Part shown: piece by piece, positions 1 through 13,700 of the stretch
How the letters are laid out: every line of letters begins with the position of its first letter
How positions within the stretch are numbered: position 1 is the first letter of the stretch
Assembly: GCA_044892505.1 (NCBI GenBank)
Contig: CM097882.1
Coordinates: forward strand, 172,422,001 to 172,486,000
Origin: Schmidtea nova
Taxonomy: Eukaryota
Direction of reading: 5' to 3'
Length of the DNA stretch: 64,000 bases
The notes under the pieces: model-generated
Databases searched by the model: none
What the model was told of the DNA's origin: nothing
The model's input: only the letters and a program-made list of their open reading frames with translations
Program-made: the position numbers and the translations under genes

Positions 1-152
1 AAATATATTTAAAAGATAATTTTGGGATCAAATTATTTTCATAAAGAACTGTATTATTTAATGTGACAGACATATATCATTACTTATTTGTAAAAAGAAA
101 TAAGGTGGCACCCTGAATTAATTGGCAGTAGTTTGGCACACCACAGCTAAAA

Positions 153-167
153 GGTTGCTGACCCCTG
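153..167. mobile_element. Right TIR of a hAT (Charlie-like) element
   Basis: GGTTGCTGACCCCTG followed by TTCTAGAA (NTCTAGAN target consensus); similar TIR sequences at 40546 and 53704-53718. Confidence 0.55.
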
Positions 168-279
168 TTCTAGAATGTTCTTTGTGTTCCCTGAAACTTC
201 TAAAATTTTCTAGTACAACTAGTAGTAAACTACGTCAATCAATCACTACGCCAAAAAAATAAAAAGTATCTTTTCTATC

Positions 280-1960
280 TTATGTCAATATGATGAACGC
301 TGAACAAGCTGTTATACAAATTAGGCATTTGATGAATGCTGATGGCGATCAAGATAATGTTTTCCTAATTGTTGAATCAGTTAAATTCTTTCCTTTTTAT
401 TTCTATGAAAATTTTCTAGACGATTCACTTTATAATACATTTATAAATTGTGATCCTGATAATTAATCTTTCAATGAGGAAAACTTTTCAACTGATAGTG
501 AGACTGAAGCTATTGCTGGTAATCTAGAGAGCATAAAATCAAAAGATGGCCAAGAAACATATTCAAGAATCCTTTCTCCGTTATAGAGAATGGTAGAGGG
601 TCACAATATCATAAAAGAAATTCCCGGATTCAAAAAATGCCGTCTTGAAAGGTTTCGACACTCCAATCGATGTATTCAACTCCTTTTTTCAGATGTTTAA
701 ATCTAGAAAATTTATGAATCAATAAATGGGTATATTCAATCCAAAGATATTTCAATGAAATCTTTAACAATAAATAAACAAAGGTAGTTTTTTAGTGTTA
801 TGATCATAATCTTTTTACTAAAATGAAAAAATGCAAAATTAGAAGAATATTTCTCGAAAGGTTTGATGTTCCATTTATCTACCGAAACTTTTTAAAAATT
901 CTAAGTACTTTGCTTTGATGAAGTATCAAGACGAAATCGAGAAGACAAAAAAAGCACCAATCTATAATGTTTTAGATAAATTCATTCAGAATTTCCAATA
1001 TGTGCACACTTCTAGCAAGAGCTTGTCAATTAATGAAAAATTGGTAACATTTCGTGGCCGATGCAGTTTTCGCATGTGTATACCTTCCAAACCTAATAGG
1101 TATGATATCAAAATTTAGCTATTATGTGACTGCAAATACCTACTTTTACAATGCCAAAATTATTAAAAAGGTAGAATTAAACACAATCAGGGAAAATATT
1201 TTGTCAAATATTTAGCTGCTACTTGTTCAAATGTGGCCGAAATATTACAATGGACAGTTTCTTTACAAGTCTATCTCTAGCCCAATTTTTACTGATTCAG
1301 GGAATTACAATTGTTGGAACTGTAAGAAGAAAAAAAGTGTTTTTATCAATTTAATTTCAAATTCAGAAAGGCATAGAAGGCTCGAAACAATTTCTTTTCC
1401 AAAGAGATCACATGATTGTGAAGTACAGTCCTAAAAAGAACAGGAGTGTGGATTTCATGTCAGCGCAACACAAATCTCTAGAAATAAATTAAACAAACAG
1501 GAAGCCAGAAGTTATCATGTATTCAAACCAAACTTAAGACGGAGTAGACACCTTGGACCAAATTGTCCGATTTTATTCGACAAAAGAATATATGAAGATG
1601 GCCGTTGGCAATTCGTTTTAATCTTTTAGACACAGTAGAATATAATGCATGTATATTGTACATTAACCGTCATCATGAGCTCAAAATTGTCTATGGCAAC
1701 GAATCATTTGGAGAATCTTTGAATTTGTAGCATTTTTTACAAGTAGACATCCAGTATACAAAAGTCGGTATAAAAAAGTATAACAAAGTATATCCAGTAT
1801 AACAAAGTCGGGTCAAAAGAAGACTCAGGGGAGATGTTTTTTATGCTCGCGATTTAAAGATATCAAGTCACGAATTAACTGCGATATTTGTGGCAATAAT
1901 TTGTATGCCCAATACACCAAACAGTGTTATAAAATGTTCTTAATGCAAATAAATATATTT
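280..1960 (+). pseudogene. Degenerate piggyBac transposase remnant
   Basis: SINEKLVTFRGRCSFRMCIPSKPNRYDIK (915-1118), GVDTLDQIVRFY (~1540), C-terminal Cys-rich RCFLCSRFKDIKSRINCDIC (~1830); multiple stops and frameshifts. Confidence 0.85.
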
Positions 1961-2360
1961 TTTATAAATTAATTTTTAAGTTAATTTAGAATTTTCGAAT
2001 GATTGCAGAACCAATAGGCAGTGCATCCCAAAACTCGTTCTTGTTAATTTTTTTTAAAATTCATAGAAAGGTTAAATATTTAAATGTTGATATAGGCATT
2101 GGTGTGTTTTATATCAATAATAGCAATAATAGGCACAAGGTGAGTAGGCCTTGCTACTTATATACAAATGAAGTGCCTAAATTATTCCCGCTAGGTGTCC
2201 TAAAGCGACGGCACTCGTTATTAAGATATACTCTTTTATACGGTTGTTTAGATAAATTATTAATTTGAACAAGCATAATTGGGTATCATTGTCATTTTTC
2301 ATTGTGTTATAATTACTTTTTTCAGATTAAATTAAAATAATGTTAATTTTTCTTGTTTAG

Positions 2361-2993
2361 AGTGCAAAAGAATTTTATCGCATGTTTGGACCTGAACTGA
2401 AAAATATTACTGGTGAAAGTCAAACTTTAGATGATGTTTTGTTGCTTGTCGACAGTTTATTTCAAAATTTGAAAAATGAAGTAAAACTCAAAAAAAAGAA
2501 TGAGAAAATAAACATAATTTCCTAACTTCAGGATTGTCCAACACCTTTTCATCAGAAAAACGCTAAGAGTTGGAATAAAGTAAAAGATGACTATTTGCAA
2601 CAAGTAGAAAACATAGACTCGAAAGGAAAGAAATTCATAAACGATTATTTCAGTCATATTCACAGTGCAAATAGTGCATTTGATTTATTAGAAAAATTCA
2701 AATCAATCCAAGCCAGACCAGCAATTTCAGTATTATTAGATGAAAAGTATATGGACGTTCTTCGAAGTTTTGGAAAAGAAGTAAACATTATTTTTTTTGT
2801 TTAAGATAACACAATTTCAAATTCTAGTTGGTTAAAGTTGATTTACTATTTTCGGAATATGCAGATAATCCTCGAATCAGTAGGTATATGCCACCATTAA
2901 GTGGATCTATTGTATGGGCTCGATTGATCTTGAAGATAATGAAAACTCCAGTATTGAGGTTCATTAATGTTAAACCATTAATTTTTGATACAG
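2361..2993 (+). CDS. DNAH10: Dynein heavy chain exons (2361-2480, 2532-2780, 2828-~2993)
   Basis: SAKEFYRMFGPELKNITGE...; SANSAFDLLEKFKSIQARPAI; PPLSGSIVWAR; introns of 51 and 47 nt. Confidence 0.92.
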
Positions 2994-5900
2994 NNNNNNN
3001 NNNNNNNNNNNNNNNNNNNNNNNNNNNNNNNNNNNNNNNNNNNNNNNNNNNNNNNNNNNNNNNNNNNNNNNNNNNNNNNNNNNNNNNNNNNNNNNNNNNN
3101 NNNNNNNNNNNNNNNNNNNNNNNNNNNNNNNNNNNNNNNNNNNNNNNNNNNNNNNNNNNNNNNNNNNNNNNNNNNNNNNNNNNNNNNNNNNNNNNNNNNN
3201 NNNNNNNNNNNNNNNNNNNNNNNNNNNNNNNNNNNNNNNNNNNNNNNNNNNNNNNNNNNNNNNNNNNNNNNNNNNNNNNNNNNNNNNNNNNNNNNNNGAC
3301 TATAGATCAAAATTTTTTTTTTTATAAACAATAACACAATATTTCGGCACAGCCTTTATCAAGTGTGTATTTCTATCGTTATATTTACTTAATCCTAAAT
3401 AGTTTTTTAATGTTTTTTAATCAAACAGATTTGCCTATCCACATCCGTCCAACGTTCATAACCTCCGCACCGTTAAAATCACAACTCCGAAAGCCAACAA
3501 TTTCCAACATCTCCAAACATAAATGTCTTTGCCGTTCCACAACCCGATGCTTTTGCTTTTCCGAAAATATAGTATATAAACTTTCTTGTCAAAAATGTGA
3601 CGCTACTTACATAGGAGAAACACATAGAACTTTTCGCACCCGACTTAATGAACACACTACAAACAAAACCACTAATTATTACGAACACTGGGAGAAAGTA
3701 CATAAAACAACTCCATCTATAGAAGAAACAAAATGCCAGATTCTACAAGAGGGATTCAAAAATTCATTACAAAGATTAGCTTCCGAGACTTTTTTCATAA
3801 AAAAATACAAACTGTCCATCAACATTCAATTCGCACAAAAAAAATTAAAATAAATATTTTCATCCAATAAAATCATTATAAAATATTAGAAAAATAATTA
3901 AGGCTACTATTTAGGATTAAGTAAATATAACGATAGAAATACACACTTGATAAAGGCTGTGCCGAAATATTGTGTTATTGTTTATAAAAAAAAAATTTTG
4001 ATCTATAGTCATTATGAGAATTATTGATAATAATAATAAAAAAAGATCAAANNNNNNNNNNNNNNNNNNNNNNNNNNNNNNNNNNNNNNNNNNNNNNNNN
4101 NNNNNNNNNNNNNNNNNNNNNNNNNNNNNNNNNNNNNNNNNNNNNNNNNNNNNNNNNNNNNNNNNNNNNNNNNNNNNNNNNNNNNNNNNNNNNNNNNNNN
4201 NNNNNNNNNNNNNNNNNNNNNNNNNNNNNNNNNNNNNNNNNNNNNNNNNNNNNNNNNNNNNNNNNNNNNNNNNNNNCTTGGTAGCAGCATTAAGTATTAA
4301 ATTAATTAATAAATAAGTAACAAAATAAGCCTTTGCTGCAAAAATATAATTTTATTAAATGAGAAAATTATATTTTTGCAGCAAAGGCTTATTTTGTTNN
4401 NNNNNNNNNNNNNNNNNNNNNNNNNNNNNNNNNNNNNNNNNNNNNNNNNNNNNNNNNNNNNNNNNNNNNNNNNNNNNNNNNNNNNNNNNNNNNNNNNNNN
4501 NNNNNNNNNNNNNNNNNNNNNNNNNNNNNNNNNNNNNNNNNNNNNNNNNNNNNNNNNNNNNNNNNNNNNNNNNNNNNNNNNNNNNNNNNNNTTATTATCA
4601 TAATTATCTTTTTGTTTCATCTTTGATCTTTTTTTAATATTAGTATCAATAATCCTCATAATGGATGACTATAGATCAAATTTTCTTTAAATAAGTACAC
4701 AATTTTACGGCNNNNNNNNNNNNNNNNNNNNNNNNNNNNNNNNNNNNNNNNNNNNNNNNNNNNNNNNNNNNNNNNNNNNNNNNNNNNNNNNNNNNNNNNN
4801 NNNNNNNNNNNNNNNNNNNNNNNNNNNNNNNNNNNNNNNNNNNNNNNNNNNNNNNNNNNNNNNNNNNNNNNNNNNNNNNNNNNNNNNNNNNNNNNNNNNN
4901 NNNNNNNNNNNNNNNNNNNNNNNNNNNNNNNNNNNNNNATTATTATAATATTTTTAGGTAAAAAATCGATATTTAACCCTCGGAAGAGCTCTACGTCAGT
5001 ATGAAGAAATTCGTTATAAATCGTGGTATAAATCTGTCTCTAATTCTCTTTCCCCTATGCTTTCACAACCAATTTTAGCAAAAGAAGTCAAACCAAGTCG
5101 GGGATCTTTAATTAAAAAGTTGGAGCAGAAAACAGATAATTTTGAATTGTTTTCTCATGGTTAAAAGATTTTACAATTACTTTACTTCATTGCATATTTT
5201 GATGATATAGTATTCCCCAAATATGTTGTCAATTTTAATGATAAATTGTGGGCAATAATAGCTGAATCTAAGCTGATGGAGTTATTAGATTTACAGATTC
5301 CAGAGTTGTCAAGGATAGTTGGACTGCAAGTAAACCCAAATATTCTAGTTATAGTTTTTTGACATAATTTTTGAATTCTGATTTATATATAAATTTTTAC
5401 AACTTAATAAAGCTAATAGTGAAATATTTCTTTTGCATTTAAGGAACCACATTTTCAAAAAACAGTTTTGGCACTTGAAACAATTCTAGAACGTTATGAT
5501 AAAATTCGAAATTCGTTAAACAGTTTATCGGTAATATTTTTATTTTTAATCTAATAATTATTTTATTAATTGTAGATTATTATGTTAGAAGATTCTCTAG
5601 AAATATTATTAACGGTCCTTGACCGAGGAACATTTATGTTGAATTGGGATAGTCTGCCATTTGAAGAATATATTACTCTTTGCAATACGGTAGGATAATT
5701 ACTTTTTTTTAAAAGTTTTTTTATTTACATTCTAAAATTGTTTTTTTTTATTTCAAAGCAGATTCCCTCAAATTCATTAACCCGCTAACTCACCCCCTTC
5801 CCATCTAAAAGTTTTTTTAATTAACCTTCATTCTGTGAATTCGGGGTTGACTGATACCAGTCATTGTAATATGCGACTCAATAAGTTTACACCAAATAAA

Positions 5901-8900
5901 TATACCAACAACTAGAATTGCCTCAACTATGGTATTACACACGCATAAATAAAAATGATATCGAAAAAAATATTATATATTACAAAATATATGAAAATAT
6001 AAATGGGGTAAGATTGACCCCTTTGCAGAGACCATGCAAAATTTACTATGCACAGACTGAAGGTTAACAGGGAATGAATACAGGATTTTTTGAATAGAAT
6101 TTTTCCTATCGGATTTTTGAACTTTGTAACTTCAATTGTATACCAAAATAACTTAATTCAAATTAAGGGTTTGCTGCCGATTGAATATGTGCATAATTAT
6201 TAAATTTCATTTTTTGGCGTAATATAGTTAATTATTGACGGCAATAAACGTAAGTTAATTCAAAATTATATTTTTCAGGCTCTTTCTACAGTGGAAACGA
6301 GATTATACGACTTAGAGAAATGTGATAAACAGGTTGAAAAAACTTTATCTCGATTGAAGAAAGTCAACCTATTCAAAAGAAAAGCTGCATATACTGAAGG
6401 CTATATTCCTTCAGCAAAAGTAAATTAAAAATATTAACATAAAAATACAATAATTAACATTTAGGATTTTATAGATTATGCTGAACAATCTAGAGAAAAT
6501 GAGTGTGAAATGCTCGCTCCCAAAATTAACAATGAATTATACAGTATATTCCAAAGATTAGAGGAAAGTTTATATAACACTAAAACTGGTGAATGTGTGT
6601 TGATGAATGAACTTTATTACAGATATGAAACTGAGTTATCTAAAGCCCTGAGTAATGTAAGTAAAAAAGTATTTAACTTTATCTTTCAAATCAGGAAAAT
6701 GTTAAACAATGGGATTTCAGAATCTTCTGAAAGTAGAAATGTAATTAGAGGCTTTAAAATTCAATTCATTATATTTGTTCTACTAGATCAGTCGTTCCAA
6801 AAGTGTGGATCTCGAACCGGCTTAATATGGGTCGTCAAAAATTTTAATATTTAGTTATCCGTATTAATTGTGTGCATATTAATTTGATTTTAATTAATTT
6901 GCTGCAATTCAAAAGTAGATGTCAAAGATGTTACAGCCAAAAATAGAAAGCAAGCTCATTCATCTCATGCATTCTCTTGATTATGCTTAAATATGTGCTT
7001 GTAAGGAAAGAAAGATTTGGTGTCACGTTTTTCCTTCCGGGATTACAGAATTACAAATATTAAAATATTTATTTAAAAATAATTTATTTTGAATTGTACC
7101 CAAATTTTGTTACTTTTTCGAAATTTATATTAATCTTACCAGTTACTGCCGGATCTGCAGAAGATTTTTCTCAAGATTGAAAATAATAAAAAAATACTTG
7201 AGATTTAATATTGGTCAAGAACAATGGACTTTTTGCCATTTATCTTTTGAATCCAAATTAACGAGAAAAAAATTATGATGATATTATCAACGAATTTGCT
7301 ATAAAACATAAGAGAATGAAACAAAAATCACATGTTGTAATTAGGGTTTGAAATACCAAAAATCTCCAAATATACTTTCGAAATTTCACAGGTAAAATAA
7401 ATTTATTTTACCGGAAAATGTAATTTTTGAATATAAATTCAATCTTTTTTTATATTTTTTTTACAAAAATCACATGTTATAATCTTGTTCTATTAAATCT
7501 CATACAAAATTGTATTTTATAAGTATATTGTCTTATAACCATTTCATTGGTTTTCCCTGTCTATGTCTTCCGCTTCTGGCAATCTACGCGGTTTTCCACA
7601 ATATTCTTGACCTTTTTTCATTAATATTTAAATTTAAATTTAAATTTGCATATAAATGTTTTTTACTTATACGGACTGACACAAATCTCTATACAGTTCA
7701 TTGATTAACAATTCCTTACCTTTACTTACTCTTTTTCCTTCATTTTACTTGAAACCGTTCATTGCCAAAATCTTCGTTTTATTATTTTCTTATGTAGTGT
7801 CTTCGTGAATCATCTAGCACTGATTGCATGTGGTGTAATTATTCCTCGATAAAGCATCCGCATTTGCATGTAACTTTTCTTTGATGGTATTCTAAATTTA
7901 TATTCAATTCACTTAATTAATTTATCCATGTCTTAAATTGCGCAGTAATGATTTCTTTGTCCTAATCATAAATGTTATCGCTTTATGGTCAGTTCTCAAC
8001 GTGAATCTTTTTCCAAATAAATAATGCTTGAAATACTGAATGGAGTAATAAATTGCCAGAAATTCTTTTCCGGTACTGCAATATCCAATTTCATGTTTAT
8101 TCATTGTCTTTTATTAATAAGTAATCACTTGTTCCTGTTCTTTGTAATTTATCTGTGATAATACTTCACCAATTGTGTCGAAACTAACATCCGTGTCTAA
8201 AATAAAATCATTTCGGAAATCCGGAAATCTCATTTCGGAGTAAATATTAACATCATTTTTAATGTTTTGAAAATTGCTTCACGTTCTTCTGTTCATATCA
8301 GCTTGTCTTTATTTGACACTTTTTTGTGGTCTTGCAAATTTTGCATTATCTCTGGCAAACTTCCTATAATAATTCGTCAATTAAAAAAACCACTTCTCAA
8401 TCGTTTGATAAAAATTTGGTTTTATGTGTTCTTGCATTGCTTTAATTTTTTCGTCATCTGTCTTTATACCGAATTTAGTTATATTATGTCCTAAAGATTT
8501 GATCTTTTATTTATTAAAATAACATTTTTCGGGCCTATTTTTAGTCCAGTTTCTTTAATTTTTTGAAGAACTGTTTCCAATAGTTTTCTGTGCTCTTATT
8601 TATTACAAATTTAAAAAAATCATCAAGGTAAACCGCTGCTTTTTTCCATATAATAGCACCCAACATTTCGGTTATTAGTTTTTGAAAAGTAGCTGGTGCA
8701 GCTTCGATTCCAAAAGGCATGCGGATGAAACAATGTTGTTCATCTTTTGTAGAAAAAGCTGTTTTAAGTTTCGATTCTTTCTCTAGTTCCACTTGATTAT
8801 ATACATTACCAAATCAGTAGTACTAAAGACTTAGGTGTCACTAAGTATATCCATCATTTCTTCGATATTTGGAATGGGAAACCGATGTATTTCTGTTATT

Positions 8901-10630
8901 ACATTTAATACCCGGAAATCTAAACATATTCTTATATCTTACTTGTTTTTCTCTAAAAATACATACTAATAGACTATTCCATACTAAATCACAATATTTT
9001 TAATTTCTGCTTTTCCATATTTTTTGACAGTTCTTGAATTTTATGCGCTTCGTGTATAGATTGACGCCTAGGATTAATAGTATCTGGATTTCCATTTGTA
9101 GCTATTTTGTGTTTAATTAGAGTCGTATTTTCAACATTCAATTTGTGTTTCAAAAAAACTTTCGAATACTTATAAATTAAATTTCTATTGTGAGGTCGAT
9201 ATTTCCTTGTATATTACTTTTTTCCAAACTCATTATTTGAGGTACTTTTTTATGCGACTGTTAATTTAAGTCAGAACATTCATCATTTCTACTCCACCAA
9301 TTGTCACAAAAGACCCATTAACTAGTTCCATTTCCGATAGTCGTACATTCTTTTTTCATTGTTATTGTATCGACCATTTTTCACTATTGACGCGTAAGTA
9401 GGTAGATAAGTGGAGCCGGGAACAAAGACATTATGACTCATTGCGTGGGCGGGGAAAAAAGAACAAAGACACCCCCCTCCCCTCCCCCCCGGGGGGGGGA
9501 GGGGGGTAGAAATTTTTTTTGATGACTCATCGATGACTCATCGATGACTCATCATTTTTATGACTCATCGATGACTCATTTCAAATTTGAATTTTATGAC
9601 GTCATCGATGACTCATTTCAAATTCAAATTTTAAATTTGAATTTCCAAAGGTTAAATAAGGTCAAACCTTCAAACAAGGGTATTATTCGAAAGGTCTTGG
9701 AGAGGTCTATACAATGGTCATAACCTCGAAGGTTTATGGAGGGTCTTTAACCTTCAAAGGGTGCAAAACCTTCAACCTTTTTCAATCCTTATAATATATA
9801 TATCATTCGAAAGGTATTTAAGAGGTAGGTATGTTGGTCATACCTTCGAAGGTTTATGTAGGGTCTTTAACCTTCAAAGGGTGCAAAACCTTCAACTTTT
9901 TTCAAACCTTATAAAATATATATATCATTCGAAAGGTATTTGAGAGGTAGGTATGTTGGTCATACCCTTGAAGGTCTATGGTGGGTGCTCAACCTTCAAA
10001 GGGTCCAAAACCTTCAACCTTTTTCAATCCTTATAATATATATATCATTCGAAAGGTATTTGAGAGGTAGGTATGCTGGTCATACCCTCGAAGGTCTATG
10101 GTGGGTGCTCAACCTTCAAAGGGTCCAAAACCTTCAACCTTTTTCAATCCTTATAATATATATATCATTCGAAAGGTATTTGAGAGGTAGGTATGCTGGT
10201 CATACCCTCGAAGGTCTATGGTGGGTGCTCAACCTTCAAAGGGTGCAAAACCTTCAACCTTTTTCAAACCTTATAATATATATATCATTCGAAAGGTATT
10301 TGAGAAGTAGGTATGCTGGTCATACCCTCGAAGGTCTATGGTGGGTGCTCAACCTTCAAAGGGTCCAAAACATTTAACGTTTTTTAAAGCTTGTGTGTAA
10401 TATATCAAACAAAAGGTAACTGAGATGTGCACACAATGGTCATACCCTCGAAGGTTTATGGTGGGTGCTCAACCTTCAAAGGGTGCAAAACCTTCAAAAA
10501 ATTTTAAACATTACAAGTTATATATCAAACACAGGGTAATTGAGATGTGCACACAATGGTCATACCCTCGAAGGCCTATGGTGGGTGCTAAACCTTCAAG
10601 GGGTCAAAAACCTTCAAATCTTTTCAAACC

Positions 10631-10711
<81 letters not shown>

Positions 10712-13700
10712 AACAAAAGGTAATTGAGAGTTGAGTATGATGGTCAACCCTCGAAGGGTCCAAGGTTCAAAATTTTTAAAACTATGTAATATATGTATCA
10801 AACAAAAGGTAATTGATAAATGAGTTTAATGGACATACCATTGAAGGTGGGTGGTCGACCCTCGAAGGGTCCAAGGTTCAAAATTTATAAAACTATGTAA
10901 TATATGTATCAAACAAAAGGTAACACTTTGCAACACATGTGCAACATTAACAAAGACATTGCAATCCACATGCAACGTAAACAAAGACATTTCTTTGCCA
11001 AATTTCATAATAAAGACATTTCATTGAAAAATTTCATAACAAAGACACTTCAATGCCAAAAAACTAAACAAAGACATTTCATTGCAAAATTTCATAACAA
11101 AGACATTTCAATGCCAAATTTCATAACAAAGACACAACAATGCCAAATTTCATAACAAAGACATTTCAATGCCAAAAAACTAAACAAAGACATTTCATTG
11201 CAAAATTTCATAACAAAGACATTTCAATGCCAAAAAACTAAACAAAGACATTTCATTGCAAAATTTCATAACAAAGACATTTCAATGCCAAAAAACTAAA
11301 CAAAGACATTTCATTGAAAAATTTCATAACAAAGACATTTCATTGCCAAAAACTAAACAAAGACATTTCATTGCCAAATTTCATAACAAAGACATTTCAT
11401 TGCCAAATTTCATAACAAAGACATTTCAATGCCAAAAAAAAAAAAAACTAAACAAAGACATTTCATTAGCAAATTTCATAACAAAGACATTTCATTGCAA
11501 AATTTCATAACAAAGACAATTCATTGCCAAAAACTAAACAAAGACATTTCATTGCCAAATTTCATAACAAAGACATTTCATTGCAAAATTTCATAACAAA
11601 GACATTTCAATGCCAAATTTCATAACAAAGACATTTAAATGCCAAAAAACTAAACAAAGACATTTCATTGCAAAATTTCATAACAAAGACAATTCATTAC
11701 CAAAAAATTAAACAAAGACATTTCATTGCCAAATTTCATAACAAAGACATTTCATTGCCAAATTTCATAACAAAGACATTTCATTGCAAAACACCTAAAC
11801 AAAGACATATCAATACCAAAATAACTAAACAGAGACACGAACATTTACTAGCAGAACATTTACTATCAGAACATCTTTTGTGATGGTTTTTATCTGCCAA
11901 AGCTTATTACTCGAACATTAATTACAATTCAACTTCATTCAGCATCATTTGATAAAACAAAGACATATCATTGTCAAAACACCTTAACAAAGACATTACA
12001 GTACCCATGCATTGTAAGCAACATACTAACAAAGACATTACAGTACCCATGCAGTGTAAGCAACATGCTTACAAAGACATTGCAATACAGATGCAAGTTA
12101 ACAAAGACATTGCAAAACATATGCAAGTTAACAAAGACATTGCAATGCAGATACTAGTTAACAAATNNNNNNNNNNNNNNNNNNNNNNNNNNNNNNNNNN
12201 NNNNNNNNNNNNNNNNNNNNNNNNNNNNNNNNNNNNNNNNNNNNNNNNNNNNNNNNNNNNNNNNNNNNNNNNNNNNNNNNNNNNNNNNNNNNNNNNNNNN
12301 NNNNNNNNNNNNNNNNNNNNNNNNNNNNNNNNNNNNNNNNNNNNNNNNNNNNNNNNNNNNNNNNNNNNNNNNNNNNNNNNNNNNNNNNNNNNNNNNNNNN
12401 NNNNNNNNNNNNNNNNNNNNNNNNNNNNNNNNNNNNNNNNNNNNNNNNAAACAGAGACATTGTATATCCAAAACAATACATATGCAAGTTAACAAAGACA
12501 TTGCAATACATATGCAAGTTAACAAAGACATTGCAATACATATGCAAGTTAACAAAGACATTGCAATACATATGCAAGTTAACAAAGACATTGCAATACA
12601 TATGCAAGTTAACAAAGACATTGCAATACATATGCAAGTTAACAAAGACATTGCAATACATATGCAAGTTAACAAAGACATTGCAATACATATGCAAGTT
12701 AACAAAGACATTGCAATACATATGCAAGTTAACAAAGACATTGCAATGTGGATACAAGTTAACAAAGACATACATGCAAGTTAATAAAAAATATTCAAAA
12801 ATATTCAAAATTATTCAAGAGTTCAAAATTTTTTAAAACTATATAAATATCATGCGAAAGATATTTGAGATGTGTGTTTGTATATGTTTTCAAACCTTCA
12901 AGATGTCAAAATAAAATAATTAAACTACCACAACGTAATATATATTTATTTTCCTACCTATTTTGACGCTGCAATTCATGTGCAATACTAACAAAGACAT
13001 TGCAAAACAGATGCAAGTTAACAAAGACATTGCAGTTGCAAGCCAAGTTAACAAAGACAAGATGTCAAAAAAAGACTAATTATTATTAATCACAAAGTGC
13101 ATTATCTTAGCCAATGATAAAAATAAATTAAATGAAAATACATATATTTTTGTACGACATTATATGTATATCACATGATATTCATCAATATTAATACCAC
13201 AAGACTCACACTTATCAATATTTTTTAAACATTTTGAACAAATAATGACATGTCCACAAGGTAAATATAAAATGCCAACTCTATTTATATTACATATTGA
13301 ACATGTGAGAAATCTTTGTTTGATTTCTTTCAATTTCTTGGTTACATTTACCTCTAAAATATCCACATTCAGCATGAAAGTTCGAATAATAGTACGATAT
13401 TTTCCAAGTCGAAATTCCATACATGACCAGAAAATGGTATTCAAATTGAATTCAGTAGAATCGATATCATTAAGAATCATAAAAAAACTGGATAATTTCA
13501 TCATGGATTTATCATATCCGAATGATTCTGTTAAACCAATAATTAATTTATTATTGAAGGATTTGAATAATTTTGAAAGAATGTCGATATCGCATTTCTC
13601 AATCGATGTTAAAAGGTCATCAAGTATTAAAAATGATTGGATCCAATTGTCCAAAGTAATGAAATTATCTGTAACCTAGTTTAAAATAATTAATTTAAAT

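Larger units (their letters stand above)
3298..4032 (+). mobile_element. 5'-truncated Penelope-like element: GIY-YIG endonuclease tail flanked by inverted pseudo-LTRs
   Basis: IVYKLSCQKCDATYIGETHRTFRTRLNEH (ORF ends 3853); 3298-3403 is the reverse complement of 3906-4010. Confidence 0.85.

Noticed and set aside
2994-4938. ORFs dominated by X (also 12167-12448, 23555-23978, 31344-31827, 32546-32696, 36338-36927)
   Set aside because: Artefacts of N gaps.
6695-6854. Continuation of ORF 6510-6854 as a further dynein exon
   Set aside because: No splice phase gives dynein-like sequence; the true next exon is 29823-29983.
9717-12785. CRISPR-like array
   Set aside because: Units are tandem with similar, not unique, intervening sequence; the context is eukaryotic and there are no cas genes.
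9761-12836. Long ORFs in the 120-, 29- and 30-bp arrays (and mirrors 23258-26208) as genes
   Set aside because: They are open in several frames and on both strands simply because the unit lacks stops; 29-bp units break frame. Only the 42/30-bp frame is kept as a weak alternative.
13245-13679. 144-aa ORF antisense to the RING gene (mirror 22415-22849)
   Set aside because: Shadow frame of a coding sequence with no recognisable motif; its presence in both arms follows from arm identity.
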